A DNA stretch of 64,000 nt from sequence record NZ_CP024426.1; one strand, 5' to 3'. Below are positions 39,574 through 48,409 of the stretch, one piece after another; the stretch's first letter is position 1; each line of letters opens with the position of its first letter. Below the pieces are notes generated by a model that was given only the letters and a program-made list of their open reading frames with translations, was not told where the DNA came from and made no database searches. This DNA comes from a plasmid. A program made the position numbers and the translations under genes.

Positions 39574-40528
39574 TGCCCGTCACCTTGGCCGACATCCGCG
39601 CCGCCAGCGCCCGCATTGCGCCCCATGTCGCGCGCACGCCTCTGGTCGCCGACCGGCGCCTGCCGCAGCTCTGGCTGAAATGCGAACACCGCCAGCCGAC
39701 CGGCGCCTTCAAGCTGCGCGGCGCGACCAATGCGGTGCTGACCCTGCCCAGGCGCGCGCGGGCCGTCGTCACCGCCTCGACCGGCAATCACGGTCGGGCG
39801 CTGGCCCATGCGGCGCAGGCGGCGGGTATTCCCGCGACGGTCTGCCTGTCGCACCTGGTCCCGGACAACAAGGTCCGCGCCATTCGCGCCATGGGCGCCG
39901 AGGTCCGCGTCACCGGCGCCAGCCAGGACGAGGCGATGGCCGAGGTCGCCCGCGCCGTGGCCCACGAAGGCATGACGCGGATCGACCCTTTCGACGACCC
40001 CGCCGTGGTTGCGGGACAGGGAACCATCGGGCTGGAACTGGCCGAGGACCGGCCCGATCTGCACAGCGTCCTGGTGCCCCTGTCGGGGGGGGGCTGGCGG
40101 CGGGCATCGCCGTCGCCGTCAAGGCCCTGATCCCTACCGCCCGCGTGATCGGCGTCAGCATGGAAAACGGCGCCGCCATGGCCGCGAGCCTGGCCGCCGG
40201 CCATCCGGTCGAGGTGATCGAAACCGCAAGCCTGGCGGATTCCCTTGGCGGCGGCATCGGGGCGGACAACCGGGTGACCTTTCCCCTCTGCCGCGCGCTT
40301 CTGGACGGGGTGATCCTGGTCTCCGAAGCCGAAATCGCCGCCGCCCTGCGCCATCTGGCGGCGGCGGGCCATGTGGTCGAGGGCGCGGCGGCCGTGGGCC
40401 ATGCCGCCATCCTGTCGGGCCGCTTCCGCCCCGAGGGGCCGACCGTCACCATCCTGTCGGGCGGCAACATCGACCCGGGCCTGCACGCCCGCATTGTCGC
40501 CGGCGCCAACTCCGTCGAGGCCGCATGA
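39570..40528 (+). pseudogene. eutB: Ectoine utilization protein EutB (threonine-dehydratase-like, PLP), interrupted by a -1 frameshift in a G9 homopolymer at 40085-40093
   Basis: N-terminal part in frame 0 (FKLRGATN...LVPLSGGG) and C-terminal part in frame 2 (GLAAGIAVAVKAL...GGNID). Ten Gs would restore SGGGLAAG. Either a sequencing error or a genuine pseudogene. Confidence 0.7.
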
Positions 40529-41487
40529 GAACGCCCGTCATCATCCTGACCGAGACCGATCTGCGCCGGCTGGTGCCCCTGGACCTTGCCGCCGTCGATT
40601 GCATCGAGGACGCCTTCCGCGCGCTGGCGACCCAGGCCGTCGCCATGCCGCCGGTCCTCCGCCTCGACATTCCCGAACACCGGGGCGAGGTCGACGTGAA
40701 GACCGCCTATGTCCCCGGGATCGACCATTTCGCGATCAAGATCAGCCCCGGCTTTTTCGACAATCCGACGCTGGGCCTGCCGTCGACGAACGGCATGATG
40801 GTGGTCCTGTCCGCCCGCACCGGGCTGGTTCAGGCGCTGCTTCTGGACAACGGCTATCTGACCGACCTGCGCACCGCTGCCGCCGGGGCCGTCGCCGCGC
40901 GGCATCTGGCGCGGCAGGACGCTGAAAGCGCCGCGATCCTGGGGGCGGGGATGCAGGCCCGGATGCAGTTGCGCGCGCTGGCGCTGGTCCGCCCGCTGAC
41001 CCGCGCCACCGTCTGGGCGCGCGATCCGGCCAAGGCCCGCGCACTCGCCGATGAGATGACGGCCGAGCTTGGCTTTCCCGTCACCCCGGCCGTGACGCCC
41101 GAGGCGCAGGCGGATGTGATCGTGACCACCACGCCCGCCGAAAGCCCCATCCTGGCCAGCGCCCCGCCCGGCAGCCACATCACCGCCATGGGCTCGGACG
41201 CCGGGCACAAGAACGAGATCGCGCCTGACCTGCTGGCGGCCGCCCATTACGTCGCCGACCGCCTGTCCCAGACCCGCGCCCTGGGCGAATTGCACCATTC
41301 CCCCCTGGCCGGGACCGAGTTCCCCGAGCTTGGCCAGGTCATCGCCGGAACCGCGCCGGGCCGCACGTCGGACCGGCAGATCACGCTGGCCGACCTGACC
41401 GGCACCGGCATCCAGGACACCGCCATCGCCGCCCTTGCCCTTGCCCGTGCGCGGGCCGCCGGGGCCGGCCAGACCTTCACCCCTTGA
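40525..41487 (+). CDS. eutC: Ectoine utilization protein EutC (ornithine cyclodeaminase/mu-crystallin family)
   Basis: NAD-binding GAGMQARMQ and OCD-family motifs; ATGA overlap with eutB. Confidence 0.8.
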   Translation: MRTPVIILTETDLRRLVPLDLAAVDCIEDAFRALATQAVAMPPVLRLDIPEHRGEVDVKTAYVPGIDHFAIKISPGFFDNPTLGLPSTNGMMVVLSARTGLVQALLLDNGYLTDLRTAAAGAVAARHLARQDAESAAILGAGMQARMQLRALALVRPLTRATVWARDPAKARALADEMTAELGFPVTPAVTPEAQADVIVTTTPAESPILASAPPGSHITAMGSDAGHKNEIAPDLLAAAHYVADRLSQTRALGELHHSPLAGTEFPELGQVIAGTAPGRTSDRQITLADLTGTGIQDTAIAALALARARAAGAGQTFTP

Positions 41488-41497
41488 AAGCAGCGCC

Positions 41498-42679
41498 ATG
41501 ACAGAAGCAGCCTTGAAATTCAGCCGCGCCGAATATGCCGACCGCCTGCGCAAGACCCGCCAGGCGATGGAGGAGAAGGGCGTCGATCTGCTGATCGTCA
41601 CCGATCCCTCGAACATGAACTGGCTGACCGGCTATGACGGCTGGTCGTTCTATGTGCACCAATGCGTCGTGGTCCCGCCCGAGGGCGAGCCGATCTTCTT
41701 CGGCCGGGCCATGGATGCCGTGGGCGCGCGCTTCACCGCCTATCTGAACGAAGCCAATGTCATCGGCTATCCCGACGACTATGTGCAGAACACCCAGAAA
41801 CATCCGATGGACCTGCTGTCGCAGATCCTCAAGGACAAGGGCTGGGGCGCGAAACGCATCGGCGCCGAGATGGACAACTACTGGTTCACCGCCGCCGCCT
41901 TCGCCGCCCTGCAAAGGCACCTGCCCGACGCGACGTTCAGCGACACCACCGGGCTGGTGAACTGGCAGCGCGCGGTGAAATCCCCGACCGAGCTTGACTA
42001 CATGCGCAAGGCCGGGGCCATCGTGACGAAGATGCACGAACGCATCTTCGAGAAGATCGAGCCGGGGATGCGCAAATGCGACCTGGTGGCGGAAATCTAT
42101 GACGCGGGCATCCGTGGCACCGACGGCTTTGGCGGCGATTACCCGGCCATCGTGCCGCTGCTGCCCTCGGGGCGCGAGGCGGCGGCGGCACATCTGACCT
42201 GGGACGACCGGCCGATGCGCGCGGGCGAGGGCACCTTCTTTGAAATCGCGGGTTGCTATAACCGCTATCACGCGCCCTTGTCGCGAACGGTCTTCCTGGG
42301 CAAGCCGCCCAAGGTTTTCACCGAAGGCGAACAGGCCGTGCTGGAGGGGATGGAGGCCGGGCTCGAGGCCGCGCGCGCGGGCAATACCTGCGAACAGTTC
42401 GCCGGAGCCTTCTTTGCCGTGCTGAAGAAATACGGCATCGTCAAGGACGGCCGCACCGGATACGGCATCGGCGTCAGCTATCCGCCCGACTGGGGCGAAC
42501 GCACCATGTCGCTGCGTCCGGGCGACCGCACCGTGCTGCAACCCGGCATGACCTTCCATTTCATGACCGGCCTCTGGACCGACGAGATGGGGCTGGAGAT
42601 CACCGAAAGCGTCGTCATCACCGAGGGCGCGCCGGAACTGCTGGCCTCGGTGCCGCGCAAGCTGTTCGTGAAGGACTGA
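41498..42679 (+). CDS. doeA: Ectoine hydrolase DoeA/EutD (M24 Xaa-Pro peptidase family)
   Basis: Creatinase/prolidase N-domain plus M24 pita-bread domain. Confidence 0.8.
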   Translation: MTEAALKFSRAEYADRLRKTRQAMEEKGVDLLIVTDPSNMNWLTGYDGWSFYVHQCVVVPPEGEPIFFGRAMDAVGARFTAYLNEANVIGYPDDYVQNTQKHPMDLLSQILKDKGWGAKRIGAEMDNYWFTAAAFAALQRHLPDATFSDTTGLVNWQRAVKSPTELDYMRKAGAIVTKMHERIFEKIEPGMRKCDLVAEIYDAGIRGTDGFGGDYPAIVPLLPSGREAAAAHLTWDDRPMRAGEGTFFEIAGCYNRYHAPLSRTVFLGKPPKVFTEGEQAVLEGMEAGLEAARAGNTCEQFAGAFFAVLKKYGIVKDGRTGYGIGVSYPPDWGERTMSLRPGDRTVLQPGMTFHFMTGLWTDEMGLEITESVVITEGAPELLASVPRKLFVKD

Positions 42680-42683
42680 CGCC

Positions 42684-43694
42684 ATGTTGCAGATGCAGCT
42701 GACGCCGTCGCCCATCACGGCGACGGTGGATTTCTCGGCGCCCGGGGTCAGCCACGGCTTCCTGCGCCTGCCCTATTCGCGCGACGACGCGGCCTGGGGG
42801 TCGATCATGACCCCCATCACCGTGGTCAACAATGGCGAAGGCCCGACCGCCCTGCTGACCGGGGCGAACCACGGCGACGAATACGAAGGCCCGATCGCAT
42901 TGTTCGACCTGGCCGCGACCATCCGGGCCGAGGACGTGACCGGCCGCATCATCATCGTGCCGGCGATGAACTATCCGGCCTTCGGGGCGGGGACGCGCAC
43001 CTCGCCCATCGACCGGGGCAACCTGAACCGCAGCTTTCCGGGGCGTCCCGACGGCACGGTGACGCAGAAGATCGCCGACTACTTTCAGCGGGTTCTGCTG
43101 CCCATGGCCGATGTGGTGGTGGATTTCCATTCGGGCGGCCGGACGCTGGACTTCCTGCCTTATTGCGCCGCCCACATCCTGCCCGACAAGCGGCAGGAGG
43201 GGCAGAGCTTCGACCTGGTGCGGGCCTTTGGCGCGCCCTGGTCGGTCAGGATGCTGGAAATCGACCCCGTCGGTATGTACGACACCGCGGCCGAGGAGAT
43301 GGGCAAGATCTTCGTCACCACCGAACTGGGTGGCGGCGGCACAGCGACCGCGCGCACGGCGGGCATCGCCAAGCGCGGCCTGCGGAACCTGCTAATCGCT
43401 GCCGGCGCGATGCGGGGCGAGGTCCGGGCCCAGCCGACGCAATGGCTGGACATGCCCGACGCCGATTGCTTCACCTTTGCCGAGGACGGCGGGCTGATCG
43501 AATTCCTGGCCGACCTGGGCGACGCCCTCGACAAGGGCCAGCCGGTCGCCCGCATCTATCCGATGACCCGCACCGGCATCGCCCCGGTCACGGTCACGGC
43601 CAACCGCGCGGGCCTGTTCATGGCCCGGCATTTTCCCGGAATCGTCAAGCCCGGCGACTGCGTGGCAGTCGTCGGCGTGGAAATCGAGGCATGA
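42684..43694 (+). CDS. doeB: N-alpha-acetyl-L-2,4-diaminobutyrate deacetylase DoeB/EutE (succinylglutamate desuccinylase/aspartoacylase family)
   Basis: Zn-binding HGDEYEG and FHSGG motifs. Confidence 0.8.
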   Translation: MLQMQLTPSPITATVDFSAPGVSHGFLRLPYSRDDAAWGSIMTPITVVNNGEGPTALLTGANHGDEYEGPIALFDLAATIRAEDVTGRIIIVPAMNYPAFGAGTRTSPIDRGNLNRSFPGRPDGTVTQKIADYFQRVLLPMADVVVDFHSGGRTLDFLPYCAAHILPDKRQEGQSFDLVRAFGAPWSVRMLEIDPVGMYDTAAEEMGKIFVTTELGGGGTATARTAGIAKRGLRNLLIAAGAMRGEVRAQPTQWLDMPDADCFTFAEDGGLIEFLADLGDALDKGQPVARIYPMTRTGIAPVTVTANRAGLFMARHFPGIVKPGDCVAVVGVEIEA

Positions 43695-43695
43695 G

Positions 43696-45159
43696 ATGCT
43701 GGACCTTCCTTCCTTCGTTGCCGACCCCGCGCTGATCCGCGCCGATGCCCATGTCGGGGGCCAGTGGCAGGGCGCCGCGCAGCGGTTTGCCGTGACCGAC
43801 CCCGCCACGGGCCAGACCATCGCCCAGGTGGCGCAGCTGGACGCCGACGCCGCTCGCGCCGCCGTCGATGTGGCCCAGGCCGCCTTTCACGACTGGGCCT
43901 GGCGCCTGCCGCAGGACCGCGCCGCCATCCTGCAGCGCTGGTTCCACCTGGTGCAGGACGCGCGCGAGGACCTGGCCCGGATCATGACCGCCGAACAGGG
44001 CAAGCCGCTGTCCGAAGCGCGGGGCGAGATCGACTATGCCGCCAGCTTCATCGAGTTCTATGCCGAAGAGGCGCGCCGCCCGAACATCGAAAGCGTCACC
44101 TCGCATCTGGCCACGGCCGAGATGGAACTGTGGCGCGAACCCGTGGGCGTCGCAGCCCTGGTCACGCCCTGGAATTTCCCCTGCGCGATGATCACCCGCA
44201 AGGCCGCCGCCGCGCTGGCGGCGGGCTGCACGGTGGTCGTCCACCCCTCGGCCGAAACGCCGCTGTCGGCGCTGGCCTTGGCGGAACTCGCGCAGCGCGC
44301 GGGCTTTCCGCCCGGCGTCTTCAACGTGGTGACGGGCGACGCGCCCGAGATCGTGGGCGCCTGGTGCCAGGATGCGCGGGTGCGGGCGCTGTCCTTTACC
44401 GGTTCGACCCGCGTGGGCAAGCTGCTTTACCGGCAGTCCTCGGATACGGTCAAGCGGCTGGTGCTGGAACTGGGCGGCCACGCCCCCTTCATCGTCTTTG
44501 CCGAGGCCGATCTGGACCAGGCGCTGGACGAGGCGATCAAGGCCAAGTTCGCGACCTCGGGCCAGGACTGCCTGGGGGCCAACCGCTTCCTGGTCGAACG
44601 CCCGGTCTATGACGCCTTTTGCAAAGGCTTTGCCGCCCGCACCCGCGCCCTGACCCTGGGCCCGGGCGTCGAGGACCGCGACCTCGGCCCCCTGATGAAC
44701 GAGGCCGCCATAGCCAAGCAGGAAGAACACGTTGCCGATGCCATGGCCCGCGGCGCGCGCCTGCTGACGGGCGGACAGCGCGATCCGCAGGGGCCGCTGT
44801 TCTATCAGCCGACCGTGCTGGCCGACGTGCCGCGCGACGCGCTGATCTTTCACGAGGAAACCTTCGGCCCGGTCGCCGCCATCGCCCCCTTCGACGACGA
44901 AGCCGAGGCGGTCGCCATCGCGAACGCGACCGAATACGGGCTGGTCGCCTATTTGCACAGCCAGGACCCGCGCCGCATCTATCGCCTGTCGCGCGCGCTG
45001 GAGTTCGGCATGGTCGCCGTCAACCGCACCAAGGTCACCGGCGCGCCGATCCCCTTTGGTGGCATGAAGCAGTCGGGCCTGGCCCGCGAAGGCTCGCGCC
45101 ACGGGCTCGAGGCCTTCACCGACATCAAATACGTCTGCCGCGACTGGAGCCAGTCATGA
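43696..45159 (+). CDS. doeC: Aldehyde dehydrogenase (aspartate/succinate semialdehyde dehydrogenase, DoeC)
   Basis: ALDH motifs ELGGHAP and FTGSTRVG with the catalytic Cys context. Confidence 0.8.
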   Translation: MLDLPSFVADPALIRADAHVGGQWQGAAQRFAVTDPATGQTIAQVAQLDADAARAAVDVAQAAFHDWAWRLPQDRAAILQRWFHLVQDAREDLARIMTAEQGKPLSEARGEIDYAASFIEFYAEEARRPNIESVTSHLATAEMELWREPVGVAALVTPWNFPCAMITRKAAAALAAGCTVVVHPSAETPLSALALAELAQRAGFPPGVFNVVTGDAPEIVGAWCQDARVRALSFTGSTRVGKLLYRQSSDTVKRLVLELGGHAPFIVFAEADLDQALDEAIKAKFATSGQDCLGANRFLVERPVYDAFCKGFAARTRALTLGPGVEDRDLGPLMNEAAIAKQEEHVADAMARGARLLTGGQRDPQGPLFYQPTVLADVPRDALIFHEETFGPVAAIAPFDDEAEAVAIANATEYGLVAYLHSQDPRRIYRLSRALEFGMVAVNRTKVTGAPIPFGGMKQSGLAREGSRHGLEAFTDIKYVCRDWSQS

Positions 45160-46556
45160 GCAGCGCCCTGAAAGGAGACACCATGCTGACCAATGACGAG
45201 CTTGCGAAATGGGACCGCGAGAATTTCATGCACCCCTCGACCAATCTGGCGCAATTCGCGCGGGGCGAGGCGCCGCAGCGCATCGTAACGGGGGGTGAGG
45301 GCGTCCATATCACCGATCGCGACGGCAATCGCCTGCTGGACGCCTTTGCCGGGCTTTACTGCGTGAACGTGGGCTATGGCCGGACCGAGATCAGCGAGGC
45401 GATCGCCGCGCAGGCGCGCGAACTGGCCTATTACCACGCCTATGCCGGGCACGGGTCCGAGGCGTCGATCACGCTGGCCAAGATGGTGATGGAGCGCGCG
45501 CCCCAAGGCATGGCGCGGGTCTATTTCGGCCTGGGCGGGTCGGATGCCAATGAAACCAACGTCAAGCTTGTCTGGTATTACAACAACATCCGCGGCCTGC
45601 CCCAGAAGAAGAAGATCATCTCGCGCTGGCGCGGCTATCACGGCTCGGGGCTGGTCACGGGCTCGCTGACGGGACTGGAGCTGTTCCACAAGAAATTCGA
45701 CCTGCCGCTGGCGCAGGTGATCCATACCGAGGCGCCCTACTACTTCCGCCGCAAGGACGCGGGCATGACCGAGGAAGCGTTCAGCGCCCATTGCGCCGAC
45801 GAACTGGACAAGCTGATCGCCCGCGAAGGCGCAGACACCATCGCCGCCTTCATCGGCGAGCCGGTGCTGGGCACGGGGGGCATCGTGCCGCCCCCGCGCG
45901 GTTACTGGGACGCCATCCAGAAGGTGCTGGCGCGCCATGACATCCTGCTGATCGCGGACGAGGTGGTGACGGGGTTCGGCCGACTGGGCAGCATGTTCGG
46001 CAGCGACCATTACGGGCTTAAGCCGGACCTGATCACCATCGCCAAGGGGCTGACCTCGGCCTATGCGCCCTTGTCGGGCAGCATCGTCGGGCAAAGGATG
46101 TGGGACGTGCTGGTGCAGGGTGCCGACGAATTCGGCGTGCTGGGCCATGGCTGGACCTATTCCGCCCATCCCATCGGCGCGGCCGCCGGCATCGCCAACC
46201 TCAAGCTGATCGACGAACTGGGGCTGCTCGGCAATGCCGCGCGCACCGGTGCCTATCTGAACGCGCAGATGCAGGCGGCGCTGGCCGATCACCCGAACGT
46301 GGGCGAAATCCGGGGCGAGGGCATGCTGTGCGCCGTCGAACTGGTCGCAGACCGCGCCGCCCGCCGGCATTTCGATCCCGGCCAGGCAATGGGCGCCAAG
46401 GTCGTCGCCGCCATGTTGAAGCGCGGCGTGATCGCGCGCGCCATGCCGCAAGGCGACATCCTGGGCTTTGCCCCGCCGCTCTGCCTGACCGAGGCCGAAG
46501 CCGACACCATCGTCGGCGTCACCGCGGAGGCCCTGGCCGAGGTCTGCGGTGGCTGA
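45156..46556 (+). CDS. doeD: Class III aminotransferase (diaminobutyrate--2-oxoglutarate transaminase, DoeD)
   Basis: PLP-lysine context ITIAKGL; the omega-aminotransferase fold. Confidence 0.8.
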   Translation: MSSALKGDTMLTNDELAKWDRENFMHPSTNLAQFARGEAPQRIVTGGEGVHITDRDGNRLLDAFAGLYCVNVGYGRTEISEAIAAQARELAYYHAYAGHGSEASITLAKMVMERAPQGMARVYFGLGGSDANETNVKLVWYYNNIRGLPQKKKIISRWRGYHGSGLVTGSLTGLELFHKKFDLPLAQVIHTEAPYYFRRKDAGMTEEAFSAHCADELDKLIAREGADTIAAFIGEPVLGTGGIVPPPRGYWDAIQKVLARHDILLIADEVVTGFGRLGSMFGSDHYGLKPDLITIAKGLTSAYAPLSGSIVGQRMWDVLVQGADEFGVLGHGWTYSAHPIGAAAGIANLKLIDELGLLGNAARTGAYLNAQMQAALADHPNVGEIRGEGMLCAVELVADRAARRHFDPGQAMGAKVVAAMLKRGVIARAMPQGDILGFAPPLCLTEAEADTIVGVTAEALAEVCGG

Positions 46557-46569
46557 GATCCCGCAAAGG

Positions 46570-47640
46570 ATGCGCGCCATGGTCCTGACGGGCCATGGCG
46601 GCATCGACCGGCTGGAATGGCGCACCGACTGGCCGGTGCCCGTCCCGAAAGCGGGCGAGGTTCTGGTCCGCATCACCGCCTGCGCCAAGAACAACACCGA
46701 CCGCAAGGTGCGCGAGGGGCTTTACTCCACCGCGGACGACGGCGCGGTGACATCATTCGCCATGGCCGGAAACACGTTGCGCTTTCCCCGCATCCAGGGG
46801 GCGGATGTCGTGGGCCATGTGGTCGCGGTGGGCAAAGACGTGTCGCCCGAACGGATCGGCGAACGCGGCCTGCTGGACTTCAACATCTATCCCGATGCCC
46901 GGCGGGACCTGAACCTCGCGCCCGACTATTACGGGCATGGCGCCGATGGCGGCTATGCCGAATACGGCGCCTTCCCCTCGGATCAGTTCCACCACACCCC
47001 GAACCCCGACCTGTCGGATGCCGAATTGGCGACGCTGGGCCTGTGTTCGTGGCAGTCGGGCTATCACATGCTGACCTCGGCTGGCGTCGCGGCGGGCGAA
47101 CATGTGCTGGTCACGGGCGCCTCGGGTGGGGTCGGGACGGCGCTGATCCAGCTGTGCCGCGTGATCGGGGCGGTGCCGCACGCGATCGCCAGCCCGGGCA
47201 AGGCGGCTGCGCTGAAGGCGCTGGGGGCGGAGACCGTGCTGGACCGCAGCGGCGACTGGCCCCGGGCGCTTGCCGGCATCGCCATCGACGCGGCGATGGA
47301 CCTGGTCGGCGGCGCCATGACCGTGCCGCTGATCCAGGCCATGTGCCGCGACCTGCGCGCCCGCAGGACCCCGCCGCGCCTGTCCATTGCCGGGGCCGGC
47401 GGCGGCAATGTCACGCCCCTGCCCTGGACGCTGATCTATCTGAACCAGGTGCAGATCTTTGGCGTCTCGCACGGCACCCGGGCCGAGGCCGAGCAGTTGA
47501 TCGCCTGGATCCGCGACGGCCGGCTGAAGCCGGTGCTGGCCGAAACCCTGCCGCTGTCGCGCCTGCACGACGCCGAAACCCGCTTCACCGCCCGCGGCGC
47601 GGACTTCGTCGGCAAGATGGTGATCGTCCCCGATCAATAG
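46570..47640 (+). CDS. Zinc-binding alcohol dehydrogenase/quinone oxidoreductase family protein
   Basis: MDR family GxGxxG (LVTGASGGVGT). Start uncertain: GTG 46549, ATG 46570 or 46579. Confidence 0.65.
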   Translation: MRAMVLTGHGGIDRLEWRTDWPVPVPKAGEVLVRITACAKNNTDRKVREGLYSTADDGAVTSFAMAGNTLRFPRIQGADVVGHVVAVGKDVSPERIGERGLLDFNIYPDARRDLNLAPDYYGHGADGGYAEYGAFPSDQFHHTPNPDLSDAELATLGLCSWQSGYHMLTSAGVAAGEHVLVTGASGGVGTALIQLCRVIGAVPHAIASPGKAAALKALGAETVLDRSGDWPRALAGIAIDAAMDLVGGAMTVPLIQAMCRDLRARRTPPRLSIAGAGGGNVTPLPWTLIYLNQVQIFGVSHGTRAEAEQLIAWIRDGRLKPVLAETLPLSRLHDAETRFTARGADFVGKMVIVPDQ

Positions 47641-48188
47641 ACGGGCGGCGCCACGATCCAGACGACCACCGCCGGTTCATCGCCGGGATTGCGCCAGGCA
47701 TAGGACTTGCCGGCGAACTGGAAGCTGTCGCCGGGGGCCAGGTCGAACGCGGTGCCGTCGATGGTCAGCCGCAGCTGCCCCGAGATCAGCACGCCGCCAT
47801 CCTCGCGGGGGGCGGCGGGCCGGACGGCGGCGCTTTCCGAGCGGGGGGCAAAGGTCGACTTGATCATCTCGAACGAGCCGCTGAGCGCGGGCGACAGCAA
47901 CTCCTCGGTCAATCCGCTTTCCGGGGTGCCGATGGCCATGCGGTCCGCGGCGCGCAGGATCAGGCCGCGTTCCTCGGGCGCGCGGGAGGATGAGCGAAAG
48001 AAGAAGCTGATGCTGACGCCAAGCCGGTTCGCGATGGCGCCCAGATCATGGACCGACGGGGTCGTCTGGCCGCGCTCGACCTGGCTCAGCCAGCCGACCG
48101 AGCGGCCGACGGCGGCCGAAAGCTCGGCCAGCCGCAGGTTGCGTGATTTCCGCAGCGACCGGATGTCTTCACCCACATGATGGTTCAT
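47634..48188 (-). CDS. XRE-family HTH transcriptional regulator with C-terminal cupin domain
   Basis: HTH_3 motif LRLAELSAAVGRSVGWLSQVERG plus a cupin_2-like C-terminus. Confidence 0.75.
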   Translation of the reverse strand: MNHHVGEDIRSLRKSRNLRLAELSAAVGRSVGWLSQVERGQTTPSVHDLGAIANRLGVSISFFFRSSSRAPEERGLILRAADRMAIGTPESGLTEELLSPALSGSFEMIKSTFAPRSESAAVRPAAPREDGGVLISGQLRLTIDGTAFDLAPGDSFQFAGKSYAWRNPGDEPAVVVWIVAPPVY

Positions 48189-48288
48189 CGGCTCTCCCTC
48201 GAGGACGGCCGCAGGCTGCCGTGCCTGGCATGAAATTTCAACAGCGGGTGATCGTTGGATGTGAAAGATGGCGATAATACTTTCTTGA

Positions 48289-48315
48289 AATGAAAATTTT
48301 TATTGATTTTTCATT
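48289..48315. promoter_or_regulatory. Palindromic putative operator AATGAAAA-11nt-TTTTCATT in the AT-rich divergent promoter region between the XRE-cupin regulator and the dehydrogenase gene
   Basis: A perfect 8-bp inverted repeat inside a conspicuous AT-rich stretch, in an otherwise GC-rich genome. Confidence 0.4.
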
Positions 48316-48409
48316 TTTGCGGTGAATAGTCGGCTTGACGGCCGCAGCCCTGCCCCTTTCCCCCGGGACGGCTGCGCCCCTTGCCCGGTTCAACAGCGGA
48401 TCACCCACC

